This document shows positions 1-11,299 of a DNA stretch of 64,000 bases, piece after piece. Below the pieces are notes generated by a model, which was not told the origin of the DNA, made no database searches, and saw only the letters and a list, made by a program, of their open reading frames with translations. Source of the DNA: Schizochytrium sp. TIO01 (lineage: Eukaryota; Protista; Bigyra: Labyrinthulomycetes); contig SMSO01000034.1 of assembly GCA_004764695.1 (NCBI GenBank), forward strand, positions 3,472,001 through 3,536,000, in the 5' to 3' direction. The translations under genes and the position numbers were made by a program. The number at the start of each line of letters is the position of its first letter. The stretch's first letter is position 1.

Positions 1-1519
1 TTATAATGGTTGGTATAAATGGCATCACCTATGCACCCCTCGTGGACTCTTCACCGTTCCACCAATTGAGAGCCCTTGCATTATTAAAAGTTAAAGCAAA
101 GCAAAGTAAAACTAATATGCCCAAAAAAGAATGTGCTTTCCATCAAGAGTTCAGGAAAAGAGAAAATACTTACTTTCTGCTACTTAGGCGCCTCTAATGA
201 TACCTACTACTTGATGGAATTGAAATGGCTAATTGGTGAGAAGTGGAAAAGTAAAAATTACGATAAGTAAAGAAAGAAGCGATTCGTTCTTTTTCCTTGT
301 TTTCTTTTCTTTTTCTTGTGGTTTCTCTTTCTTTCCCTCCTTTCTGTTTAAAGCAGGTAGTCGTAGCAGTAGTAGAAGTAGTTATTGTTTTTGTTTATAT
401 TTCCTCTTTCATTCAATCGTTCATTCATCATCATCATCATTCCTCGTTCTTGGAGCTCCCGGCCGTCGAGCCCGTGAGCTATCAAACAAACTGCCTAGGC
501 GGCGCCTCTGCCGGTTGCAGACACGCGCGCCAACCAGAACACAACCACACCTCCTAAACCCGAGAACGCAGCTACTCGCTGGTCTTTGGTTTATTCTTCA
601 ACTCATTTGCACATCCATCGTCAGGCGCCAGACCTCGACCTGCTTGTCTGCTTGCTTACTTGCTCACGCAGGCAGTTCAATAACTCTTGCTTCTAGTTCT
701 CTTGGAGACGAAGCACTCAACAGACAACCAAGAAGGCATTGTGTTGTGCAGTACGAGTAGCAGTCTTTGTTGCCACTAGACGACAGCGAGAGGAGGCAGC
801 AAGCCCGAGGTCTCGGTTTTCTTTGTTGTCTCTTTGTGTCTGTCTCTTCTCTATCTATCTCTCTTTCTTTGTCTTTTCTTCAATCTCTTTGCTTGTACTC
901 GTGGTCCCTCTCCTACTACTGCGGCTACTCGTGCTGGTGCCAGTGGCCATCTGCTGTTGCATGCGCTTAAACTCGAGACCCCAAGGCCCCATAACACCTT
1001 GACTCAGGCTGCTCGCAATCCGTGCTTGCTAATTTCGCAGGTGAGCAGGACCCAGACCGTCCTGTGAAGTAAGAGACAAATACAGAAAGCAATAGTAATA
1101 GACAAATATCAGAAAGCCACGAGCGCGTACGTGGGCTTCTCCAGATTTAAAAGCACTCATCGGAAGCGATCACAAGATTCCAAGGGCGTCGGCCGCGTCT
1201 ATCAAGAGCTCAGTGAGAGGTGAGCGTTTACGGGACAGGTATTGTGAGCTGACGCACCACACGCAAGTAGCGACTCTTGTTATACATTGCCTTGCTGGAG
1301 TTCCTCGCTTTATCAGACTCTGTACTACCTGCCTAGTTTCTTGAGGGGACTACAAAGACTAGCAAACTGTGTCGCCCAGAGCGTGTTAGAGGTTTTGACA
1401 AAATTAGGCCTGCAAAGACGCGCGTGAAAATCTTTCCTTCCAGTCGCAGTATACAAGGCAGCGGGGACACCCCCCGCACACGCCTTAAGGTACCTGCACT
1501 TCGTAAACACTCGAGCACG

Positions 1520-3013
1520 ATGCTCCGCAATGAACTCGAGGAGGTGGAGGATAAGTTCGAGCAAGTCTCATTAAGGAAACGATCAAGACATGTTTCTTTC
1601 GTCAGCACAAGTCGAAGGCATTGTGCTCCAAAGCTCAGTGCCGGGGCTGCTCGGTCACCAGGCACGCTCCTCCCTCATAAGGCAGTCAGCTTTAGTCTCA
1701 CCGATCGTGGTGCACTTGATATGCGCAAAAAGCGTTTTGATGATGAAGCAGACGAAGTTGAAGGACTCCTGGAGTGTCTTCCGACTGCTCGATTTGGGAC
1801 GCTTGAGCTCACTCCCCTCATGATTGCGGCACGTGCCGGAGACCTTGGCACTGTCGAAGCCCTTCTAGAACGTGGCGCCAATCCAATGGATAGTGACTGC
1901 AGAGGCTTTGATGCGCTCATGTATGCCGTGCGCGATGGACATGCTATTGTCGCACATTTACTCCTCAAGGCTATTAAACGAGCTGTCAGCCGTTCAGGAG
2001 AAACCGGCTACTCTTTTTTAAATGCTCATGGTCTCACACATATGCTTTATGCAGCAACAAATGGCCATACTGATTGTGTTGACATTCTGCGACGAAATGG
2101 GAGCCGTGTGGATCTTCCTGATGCATCCGGCTTCACCCCACTTATGGCAGCTTGCCAAAATGGACATTACGCAACAGCAGAATTATTGCTGAACTTTGGT
2201 GCTAAGGTGGACCGCCCTGATCGCCAGGGCATGACTGCACTTGCTTGGGCGGTGCGAGAGGGCTCAACCGCTTGTATTGAACTTCTCATCCGCTTTGGAG
2301 CAGACATTCAGCAGAGTGACAAGAAAGGTCGCTCACCACTCTTTTGGGCTGTGTTTCAGGGCCACACAGAAATCGGAGAGTACTTGCTGCAAGCCGGAGC
2401 CCAGGTTACGGATTTGGTGCGATACACAGTTTTGCGTTCACACGTCTCACAGATCAAGCGTCAATCGAAACAAGAATCTAGAGGCCGCGCTTGCCACCCT
2501 GGTGCTATGAAGACAGCACAGTCTCAGCAAGATGACGAAAAAGATCTTGACCCTGAAGCAAGCCCCGAGATGGAGAGCGAGAGCCCAAATACTCTTCACA
2601 ACCAGGGTCACCATCCCCAGTCATACCCAACTGCTGCTTATCTTGGCCACCATCAACACCAATCAATGTCGGTCAATGCCTCTACAGGCGGGGCTCCCAT
2701 GTCGCAGGACACCATGCCTGCCCCGAATGATTTTGACGATAGCCTCAATTCGTTTGACACTGTATTTGAAGCCGATGAGGACAGTGATGACATCCAAGGT
2801 GACGATGCCGCATCTGATGACTTTGCATCAGACCAATCTCCTGATCAGATGCACATGACTCGCCTTGAGCTTCCGCGAGACCAGCTGGAGCTCCAAGATG
2901 ATGAATTAGACGATGATGTTTTTGATCTTGATGAGGACATGCAAATGCCCAATCAAGCACCTCCATCATCATCTATGCCCACAAATCTGCCCTCAATTAT
3001 ACCCACACTATAA
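1520..3013 (+). CDS. Ankyrin-repeat protein (6 ANK repeats) with N-terminal RVxF-like motifs and an acidic disordered C-terminus
   Basis: ORF 1424..3013 starts at GTG; the first ATG is at 1520. Six consecutive ANK units: LTPLMIAARAGD, GFDALMYAVRDGH, GLTHMLYAATNGH, GFTPLMAACQNGH, GMTALAWAVREGS, GRSPLFWAVFQGH. D/E-rich tail. The true start, and any upstream exon, is uncertain. Confidence 0.9.
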   Translation: MLRNELEEVEDKFEQVSLRKRSRHVSFVSTSRRHCAPKLSAGAARSPGTLLPHKAVSFSLTDRGALDMRKKRFDDEADEVEGLLECLPTARFGTLELTPLMIAARAGDLGTVEALLERGANPMDSDCRGFDALMYAVRDGHAIVAHLLLKAIKRAVSRSGETGYSFLNAHGLTHMLYAATNGHTDCVDILRRNGSRVDLPDASGFTPLMAACQNGHYATAELLLNFGAKVDRPDRQGMTALAWAVREGSTACIELLIRFGADIQQSDKKGRSPLFWAVFQGHTEIGEYLLQAGAQVTDLVRYTVLRSHVSQIKRQSKQESRGRACHPGAMKTAQSQQDDEKDLDPEASPEMESESPNTLHNQGHHPQSYPTAAYLGHHQHQSMSVNASTGGAPMSQDTMPAPNDFDDSLNSFDTVFEADEDSDDIQGDDAASDDFASDQSPDQMHMTRLELPRDQLELQDDELDDDVFDLDEDMQMPNQAPPSSSMPTNLPSIIPTL

Positions 3014-5860
3014 ATTTGTTTACCCTACTACTTTTTACCCCCAAAATGATACACATACCTCTACGATCATCAAGTTCAAAATATTAAACTCTAACTATTA
3101 AAAAACTTCTGTCTACAAGCCTTTGGGATATTCTTTACTTACCCGGAGTGTTTCCTGGAAGACCCTCCCGCACGCTTCTGGGATTATGAAGACTCTTTCA
3201 TTTGAATGCTTGCTCTGATGAATCTATCTCGTATCCACACTCAGAGTCTTCGAACAACATTATTTTTTGGGTGATCTAAATTAACATGATGCTAAAATAT
3301 TCTAAGAACTCCTCAATCTAATCACAAATATTTCAAAATCATGAGCGTCTGTGCTGAAATTCCAATTTCCTGGCAAAATGTCACGTTTCCTTGAAAATAA
3401 GTATAGACATCAACACATATCTGATGCCTCTCTTCCTTCTCTTCAAATCATCGAAGGTGAAGCAGAAGAACCCCAACATGTCCAACTAACTATAAAGCTA
3501 ATTGAGCAAACCTCTGATGTTTACAATCATGACAATGAACGAAATACAAAACCCTTGACATCCAGCTTTGCAGAGGTTCTCAATTTTTGGCGTTGTTACT
3601 GAAATATACTTATTAAAAAAAGTTTTTCTAGCATCCTGAGAGTAGCTGTCATGTTTCTTTGAAGATGTTCAATGATTGCTGAAAGACCCTTGTCATCGAT
3701 GATATAAATTTCATGTAGCCTATGTTTATTTATTATCAATAATACCTTAACAATACTGGCTCTCTGGCGTGGTTCTGGGTTTTCTCGTGCAGTGAAATGC
3801 GTGGTGTAAGTTACGGATTAGTATGTACAAAGCAACGCGCGTTGAAAATTCCTCAAACAGAGTCGGTAGCGTCAGCAACAGTGCAACAGTCAAGCCAACT
3901 TTAACATCATCAGCGGATGCAGGCCTTAGCCAAGAAAATACTGCCCTCGTTACGGATGCGGTTTCAACAGAACCAGTCATCAGTACTCATTGAAACTGGA
4001 ACTTCATGAAATCACTTCACTCAACCAAAACTAAGTCAGTATTGCTCAGAAACATTCCAAAGTTCACTTGCATGCATTGATATATTTTCCATTTCGACAC
4101 AACATTGCAGAAAGTTTTATCAAACTTTGTATCCTATTTCTCTCCCCAAAGTATACAATTAATTGACTACTGAACAGACGCTAAAATTTGATCACTTCTC
4201 TTTACAAAAGTTTCTGACACAGCCTTGGTATATTTATAATGATTTTATAAACTCCAAATCAATATACTCAACACACAAAGTTATCTACTAGGCTGATCCA
4301 AGGTTCAGTTTATCTCTGGCTATGACATTCACTGTGCCAAGCTGAAGTTCAACGTCGTAGAATGGCACAGCGAATTGGCTCATTTCTATGAACTGTAATT
4401 ACATAAGCTTTTCTTTTGAAAGAGGTTTGTTTAATTTATGGTTAGCTAAGTTACAAAATTATTCAATAACTGTTTATGCGACTCAGTGCAGAGTTTTGTT
4501 TTTAATTAAAGCAGTAGCTAATAGGTATCATGACAACTGCTCAGAACTCCCAATTACACTGTTATATTATTCGTGACTATAACGAATCAAAGAAACATGT
4601 TATCAGCCAGTAGAATAAGGATTGGCGTATTTTTTGGAAGGTCGCGCTATCATATAGGCAACTTTAACACTTATTTTTTTTATAAAGAGCGGGGATTTGA
4701 AACAGTTGTTCTGCAAAAAATTAGAAATTGATATATCATAACAACCAAATACCATCTTTGGAATTTTAGAGTATGAAATCTGTAAGCAGAATCTTTAGTT
4801 TCTTACAGAATGTTAAACCGTTTTGGTACGAGCCCAAGGTTCACGTGTTCGGGTCCACTCATCGGATTTTATCGTTTCAGGATTGGAAGGATGTTCAAAA
4901 AGGACATGCCTATGTTTAGAAGATACAGCTTCCGAAATTCACGTCGTGGAGAATCCCAAAAGCCAGTTACTTTTCATTTATGTGGATCAACTGCTTAGAA
5001 CTAGCAGCTTTGAAAGTAAAATGTGTACAGTTCTGCCAAATAGCATTTCACAGCGGACGCATTGTGCAGGGAAATTAGTGTGAAATGTTGTGGTTTAATA
5101 ATCCCTCTATCTAATCCACTTCGCCGACTGCAGTACAGACGTATCTGAAGCGTTACAAGCTCACGTTCATATGGTTCAAACAGCCAAAGTGTAAATCATG
5201 GGCCTGATATATGAAGAGTAGACGTGGTAGACGTTTTGCTGGTCGGCACATACTACAAAAGAAGGTGTCAAGGCTGAGTTGCTAAGGCATAGAAGAAGCT
5301 GTCGCAAACGCCGTTTGACCAGGAAGCACCAGCTGTGGGCAGGATAAATGTTGAATATGCATAATGAGCAAGCAAAGTTGATTAGAATGAGTTTGTATGT
5401 TTAGCTTGGTAACTAGTGGTAGGGAGGGACCCCTCACGTATACAGCATCAAGTACAGAGCACATGTTGGAGAGAAGAGAGAGAATCAGTTTCGATGTGTG
5501 CTAGCCTTGCTGTCATTTTTTTTTCTGAATGTAATAAATGGCGAAAGGTAATATTGTATTTATAAAACGTCAAAGTGTGGAGTAAGACAATAAATTCTAT
5601 AGTACTCCCTATGAGAAATTTGAGTCTCAGAAGGAGTGAGGTAAATGGGGGTATAGTATACAAACGTGTTTATGCAATGATTCAAGACGCGTCGGCACTC
5701 AGATCCGCCTATGCAGAGACGACATCTTTATTTACATCGACCGAACCAAGGTGATTGCTCAACTAAGTATAAAGATGGACATTCAAAGATGCTAAGCAGA
5801 CCTGAATAGCAAATCCCAAATTCTCAGAGACTGCAAACCTCAAATTCGCAGATCTCAAGG

Positions 5861-7516
5861 ATGTCACACGCAACGTACTGGAGCATATTTATTGCATTTT
5901 TGACGCTTCAACTGCGGCAAACATCCGCTGCTTCTTGTGCGCCAAGAGATGCAGTTCTTGTTCTGCAGTCGACAGGAAGGAAAAATGAGTTTGCCAAAAT
6001 TCAACAACTTGCCGAAAAAGTGGTTTCTACATTCAATGTAGGTACGGATAACTTGAGTGACCAATTTGCGCTTGTCAGCTACGATCGAGACGTCGACGAT
6101 GTTCTCTCTTTTAATAAATTTAACGACATGAGAAAGCTACAAGAAACCATTGAAAATCTTCGAAGTTCAAATAAAAACGAGGCGAATATTGTAGATGCTT
6201 TGGACCGTGCATTCGAGCTTGCACTTCAAGACGGCAGAAAAGATACGCCTAAATTTATCATTCTCGTTTCGGATGGGCAACTTCAGTTATCTCGGAAGGA
6301 TAGACCTAAGGCTTGCTCTGGTGCAACTGGACTTGAACAATACAAAGCATGCCTCTCCTTGATGATCGAGGCGCATGCGAAACTTAACATTCAGCTCTTT
6401 CGTGTCCCAGTCCCAGACCGAAGGGGCGGCGGAGATGATATACTGGCGTCGTTGAGCGACCTGTATGTCAGTCTGAGTAATGACAAAAGTGCAGATAATG
6501 CTTCATGTAGCAGCTTAGTACCCTCATCTTCAACTGCGGCGCCGACTCAAAGCTTCTTGGATGTGAACACGGACTGCTTTCTTCTCGATACGAAATATGT
6601 GAAAACCAAAAAAATCAAATCAAATGATGGTTCAAACTTAAGTAGCAGTCGCAAGCCAAGCCGTCGCAGAAATCAGCGTAAAGGAAGAAGCCGTGGCCTT
6701 ACTACAATAGACCTCGCTGCACAGTGCCAGCAAAAATGCCAAATAACTGACAGTTGTGAATACTGGACTTACGAAGGAGTAGAGAAAGAATGCAACTTAT
6801 ATCAAATTGCAAGAAAAAGTGTACCAACTCCCACAAAATGGAGCTTTGTGTCCGGGCCTCGATTTTGTACCCCTAACCCTACATTATCGCCAACTTTCGA
6901 CCCAACATCATCACCTACATTGGACCCTACATTATCACCAACTTTAGACCCTACATCAGCACCAACTCTGGTACCTACAGCATCACCAACTCTAAGTCCT
7001 TCAACAGCACCATCACTCTCCCCAACATTGGACCCTACATCAGCACCAACATTGGGCCCTACAGCATCACCAACTTTGGTTCCTACAACAGCACCATCGC
7101 TCTCACCAACATTGGACCCTACAGCAGCACCAACTCTGGACCCTACAGCAGCACCAACTCTGGATCCTACAGTAGCACCGTCACTCTCGCCAACATTGGA
7201 CCCTACATCAGCACCAACTTTGGATCCTACAACAGCACCAACTCTAAGTCCTACAACAGCACCATCACTCTCCCCAACATTGGGCCCTACAACATCACCA
7301 ACTTTGGATCCTACAACAGCACCATCGCTCTCACCAACATTGGACCCTACAGCAGCACCAACTCTGGACCCTACAGCAGCACCAACTCTGGATCCTACAG
7401 TAGCACCGTCACTCTCGCCAACATTGGACCCTACATCAGCACCAACTTTGGATCCTACAACAGCACCATCACTCTCACCAACTTTGGACCCTACAGCAAC
7501 TCCTACATTGTCTTAA
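5861..7516 (+). CDS. Secreted VWA + PAN/Apple domain protein with a Pro/Thr (PTxxPT) mucin-like tail
   Basis: Signal peptide MSHATYWSIFIAFLTLQLRQTSA. VWA strands: DAVLVL, QFALVSY, ANIVDAL, KFIILVSDG. PAN/Apple Cys pattern: DCF...CQQKCQITDSCEYWTY...CNLY...VSGPRFC. About 210 aa of PT repeats run to the stop; no TM or GPI signal. Confidence 0.88.
   Translation: MSHATYWSIFIAFLTLQLRQTSAASCAPRDAVLVLQSTGRKNEFAKIQQLAEKVVSTFNVGTDNLSDQFALVSYDRDVDDVLSFNKFNDMRKLQETIENLRSSNKNEANIVDALDRAFELALQDGRKDTPKFIILVSDGQLQLSRKDRPKACSGATGLEQYKACLSLMIEAHAKLNIQLFRVPVPDRRGGGDDILASLSDLYVSLSNDKSADNASCSSLVPSSSTAAPTQSFLDVNTDCFLLDTKYVKTKKIKSNDGSNLSSSRKPSRRRNQRKGRSRGLTTIDLAAQCQQKCQITDSCEYWTYEGVEKECNLYQIARKSVPTPTKWSFVSGPRFCTPNPTLSPTFDPTSSPTLDPTLSPTLDPTSAPTLVPTASPTLSPSTAPSLSPTLDPTSAPTLGPTASPTLVPTTAPSLSPTLDPTAAPTLDPTAAPTLDPTVAPSLSPTLDPTSAPTLDPTTAPTLSPTTAPSLSPTLGPTTSPTLDPTTAPSLSPTLDPTAAPTLDPTAAPTLDPTVAPSLSPTLDPTSAPTLDPTTAPSLSPTLDPTATPTLS
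6872..7513 (+). repeat. Coding tandem repeat of 12-nt units (PTLD/PTAA/PSLS) with a 160-bp exact internal duplication
   Basis: 7081-7240 is repeated at 7309-7468 (offset 228). Confidence 0.9.
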
Positions 7517-7791
7517 ATATAAACTCTACGTCGACTTTTATAATCTTTCCCAAACAAAGCGATTGTATCCTTCCTGATACTGGTTACTGTAACATCTCTA
7601 ACACCCTACTTGTCTTGATGAAGTTAGTTTTTTACTGTAATTTTCACGCCAATTCTTGGAATCAATGGTTTCGTCCTACATGTATAGGTAGTTTTAAGTC
7701 CATTCCTTCCTATAAACACAAGTCATAGCTCTGTCAAATTAGTGTTGACTTCAGCTAGACAAAAAGTTCCATACCTTGTCATTAACCTGGT

Positions 7792-9080
7792 GAAAGATGA
7801 ATCTGGGCAGATAAAGGTTGACTATGAAGATAAAAGAAGAGGTTTAAATAAGGCTACGGAAGGCTTGATAACCTCGGATTTGAGAGTTAACGATCTTCTG
7901 TCCTTGGGATTCGATTCCAAGGCAGACAGGTTCATTTTATAATTAAGAGGCTAAGGCAGGCTTGATCTGTAATAGAGGCAATTTAGTTGGCCAGGTTGAG
8001 TTATCTTTCAGTAATCAGTTCATATACCGCCACATATAGATCTAGTGAATGCAGCATCGTCTATTTCTAGTTCATAACCACACATTTGGTTTGTCTAGTT
8101 CTAGTTTTAGGTCCTAAATCCGGGGGGGCTGCAATAGGACGCTAAGAGCTCAAGCGATGTCTTGTTTTATCAATCGGAGACTTTAGCAAAGCCATAGGAC
8201 GAAATACACAGTTGGAGAGAAATGTTGATGAATGACCACAATTGTTGAATCAACAGACCTGATTCTTAACCAAGCAAGCACAAAGCTAACAACAATACTT
8301 GCACTCAGATTAAGCTAACCACGAATGTATGGCATTCGTTTGGTAACTATTGAGTTTACATAACCTTTAACTGTGTAAAGAGGCATCGTTTCAAAAACTC
8401 TATTCAATGTTGATTTGCTATAAGTTTGTTAAAGGAGAAGCGATGATACAAATATTGAACTTCAAGATATCGAAGATCACATCTTTCCTGACTTCTACTA
8501 TTTAATATCAGGGCTCTTCGATTAATTTGAGACTACCCTTGGTATATTAAGTGTATACCTGAACAAATATGTTCCGTAGCTCTATTGAATATCGGAAATT
8601 TACCTGTGCTTCTAAATATTCTTGCAAAGCCTTGTATCACGCCTACTTAAATGATTATTGACAGCTAGGGGGTGAGTACGGACTAATCCGAGAAACGAAA
8701 GAAAGCAAGTTAGATAAGGCTTGAAGAGGGTTCCTTAAATTTTGGCTTCCAAATTTAGCGATCTGTTTTCTTTTAAAGTGAGTTCGGAGGTAATCTAATT
8801 GATGCTATGTTCAAAAGAATTAGATCGACTCAATATAGATATAAGATCATTGAAGATATTTGATTAGCTCACTTAATCATTCATGAATTTAGATTGCATT
8901 GTAAAATTCTATTGAGCGTGTATGTGCACTATAGTTATTGATGTCCTTTGTTTCACAACTACGGATCTGGTTGTCTAAACCTAATCCTATTCAGAAATTA
9001 ATTCTTTGAGAACTTCTAATCGCACGATAACAACTCTAGTAATCTCTTTTTCATATGTCTCAGCGATGGGTGGCTGCGTT
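7792..9080 (-). mobile_element. Decayed non-LTR retrotransposon fragment, copy A (RT motifs plus downstream module)
   Basis: Minus-strand, stop-riddled remnants in RT order: PPIA..YEKEITRVVIVRL..LISE* (9073-8987, like RPI...Q), YLY*VDL (8841-8821, like WLDL), GVIQG (8643-8629), RYLEV (8472-8458, like RYLGV). 7792-8190 is homologous to copies B, C and D. Confidence 0.6.
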
Positions 9081-9339
9081 GATTATTTTTCAAATTAGTT
9101 TTGAGCTCTCAATCATATTGAATATGCAACTCCTCTTGCTAAATTTATCAGAAAACCCAATAGTTTGAATAGCAGTTTTCTTTGCCGCATTTAAGAGATT
9201 TGAGCACTGCAACGATTGACAATCAAGTCTACCACTGATAGAGTTCTAACAAGTCAATTGTGCGAGTCTTGGCCTATGTGAAGCTTCTGGAGAAGCATAG
9301 TAATGCACATAATGGCTCCCAAACCCCCAAGTTATTGGC

Positions 9340-10033
9340 GTGAGTAAATCCTAAGCACTCTTTAGATTACACCTAAGCTAACCTAAACCAAAACAACGGA
9401 TGAAATCTGTCAAATACCTAGCCTTGACTAACGTCTGAGAGCCACAAGTGTATTCCCGATGCTTCGTATATAATAGGTATGGAGCTGAGATAATCAGAGG
9501 ACCTGGTAAACTTTACCAATACCAGAAGATTACTAAGTAATAAGTCGAGACTACTCAGCTTTCATTCGTCACTGCACTCAACGTCTATCAATTAACTACA
9601 TCTTCATGAAATCTCAAAGTTCATAAGTGCTGAGATCTCCAATCGAAGGAACTGGTGGGCAAGACACTGCTATAGTTCTTGGCGTCCCTTTGTGAAACCC
9701 TCACTGACATAAGGATTAAAATAGAGCAAGAGTAGGCAGCCAGATTCATGCGTCTGCCATAGTTAAGAATTTAAAGTGTGATTACACAGTACTTACATCC
9801 AAGTATGGTGTAGCTTGGATCGATAGTTGAAGAGGTTGAATTAACCTAGCCCCATCGACTATCTCTATCACCTTAAAGATTGCTTTAACCTCCTTAATTA
9901 CTACATGATTCCATCTTCCTGGAATTCATTCTCCAGGACAGCAGTTCGCTAACTCTTAAATCAAGCTTCTTAAAGCCTTCATCAAGATCTTGCCTTCATA
10001 TTTATAGTCAACCTCAAGCTGACCAGAGTCATT
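9340..10033 (+). mobile_element. Decayed non-LTR retrotransposon fragment, copy B
   Basis: VNPKHS (9344-9361) and KYLAL (9412-9426) resemble the RT motifs INPxKS and KYLG. 9628-10033 is clearly homologous to 11300-11712 (same strand) and to the reverse complements of 7792-8190 and 27905-28280. Confidence 0.6.
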
Positions 10034-11299
10034 TTTTAGCAATAAGCATAAACGTTAGGTTAACATTTTGCTGACTCAGTAGTTGCTGTAATTTAAATCC
10101 CAATATAGATCGGTGACGAAAAGGTAAGACTGAATTGCTTAGCCTCTTTTGAATCTTCACCTGGTGACTTGGTGAATCAATCATAGCAATGGATTGGAGA
10201 AAACGACAGTTGTGAAAGGTTTATAGAATTTGCGAATGGAATTTTGTCCTTTGTTTCATTCACGGACTTTGCAATTGTACCATTTGAGACAGCGACTTTT
10301 ATAAACATCATGTGTAACTCGGTGTTTTGCTATTTCGAATGATGTGCAGAATCGTTCGTAGACTGGCTTCCGCTACTAAATCTTGCCTGATTCAAACAAG
10401 ACATGTCCAACTTTGGATTTGTATTTTCTAGAGTCTTTACATCGTTCATTGTACCCATGCAATATCGCAACCACTGCATAATCGAGACTTCTTTGATCAT
10501 GGTTGACTTAAGCTGCTTTCACCTATACTTGTGACTAAAATGTTCTTTTGTATTATCTTCTTGTTTGCTTGGACGCTCAGTTCCTGCGCCCCTGGTAACC
10601 TTGTTTTACAGAAAGTTTTCTTTCAAGTTCATGCTGTAGTACTGTTTTCCTCAAAATTACTTGAAGGACGGATCTACAGTGAGGTCAGACTGATAATGTT
10701 AGAGTGCATTAGCCTTTTTGCTTAATTAACTGCGACGTTATTTTGACAAATAAACAATACATACTGTGTGCCTATTGTAGAGAAGCTGTAATTTATTTTA
10801 ACTGAATCCAAGTCTCTAGCATATCACGTCCTACTAGAAGAATCAACTATTCCGTTCTTCATCAAACAACGAACGATAAGCGAGATACACCAGAAGCACA
10901 TGTAGAAAGTCCGTCAAGGGTCCTAACAACTTGCTGTGATGCTGGTGACACCTTTTTCTCGCACGTTCTTATACATTTAATATACTCACAATCTAGTAAT
11001 TCATCAAAAAGACAAACCTAGAACAGGTAGGAATGTTTTTTACGTGCAACTGTACACTTACTAATTAAGCTGACTATAGTGTGGTTGTTTATATTTTGCT
11101 TTTTCCATGACCTGCCATAAACATGATGGTTAATGTAGTGATCCATAGACTGTCTACATGAATATAAGTCTCGTGACGATCTACAGTTAATACGATTATT
11201 AACGACAAGTGCAGTAGTGTATTGGAGAAAGACATTACCTAAACATGTGCGTCACATTCTCTACACTAAAACTTATTATAGCTTTAAAAATTGATCATT

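Noticed and set aside
3130-5460. Short ORFs (3351-3602, 3747-3980, 4810-5083) as a possible pseudogene
   Set aside because: No recognisable domain or consistent frame by eye; needs BLASTX.
7742-7942. 66-aa ORF (KDESGQIKVDY...)
   Set aside because: Lies in the dispersed repeat, and homologous copies are frameshifted. Best explained as the antisense of a LINE fossil, although the coding strand is not fully proven.
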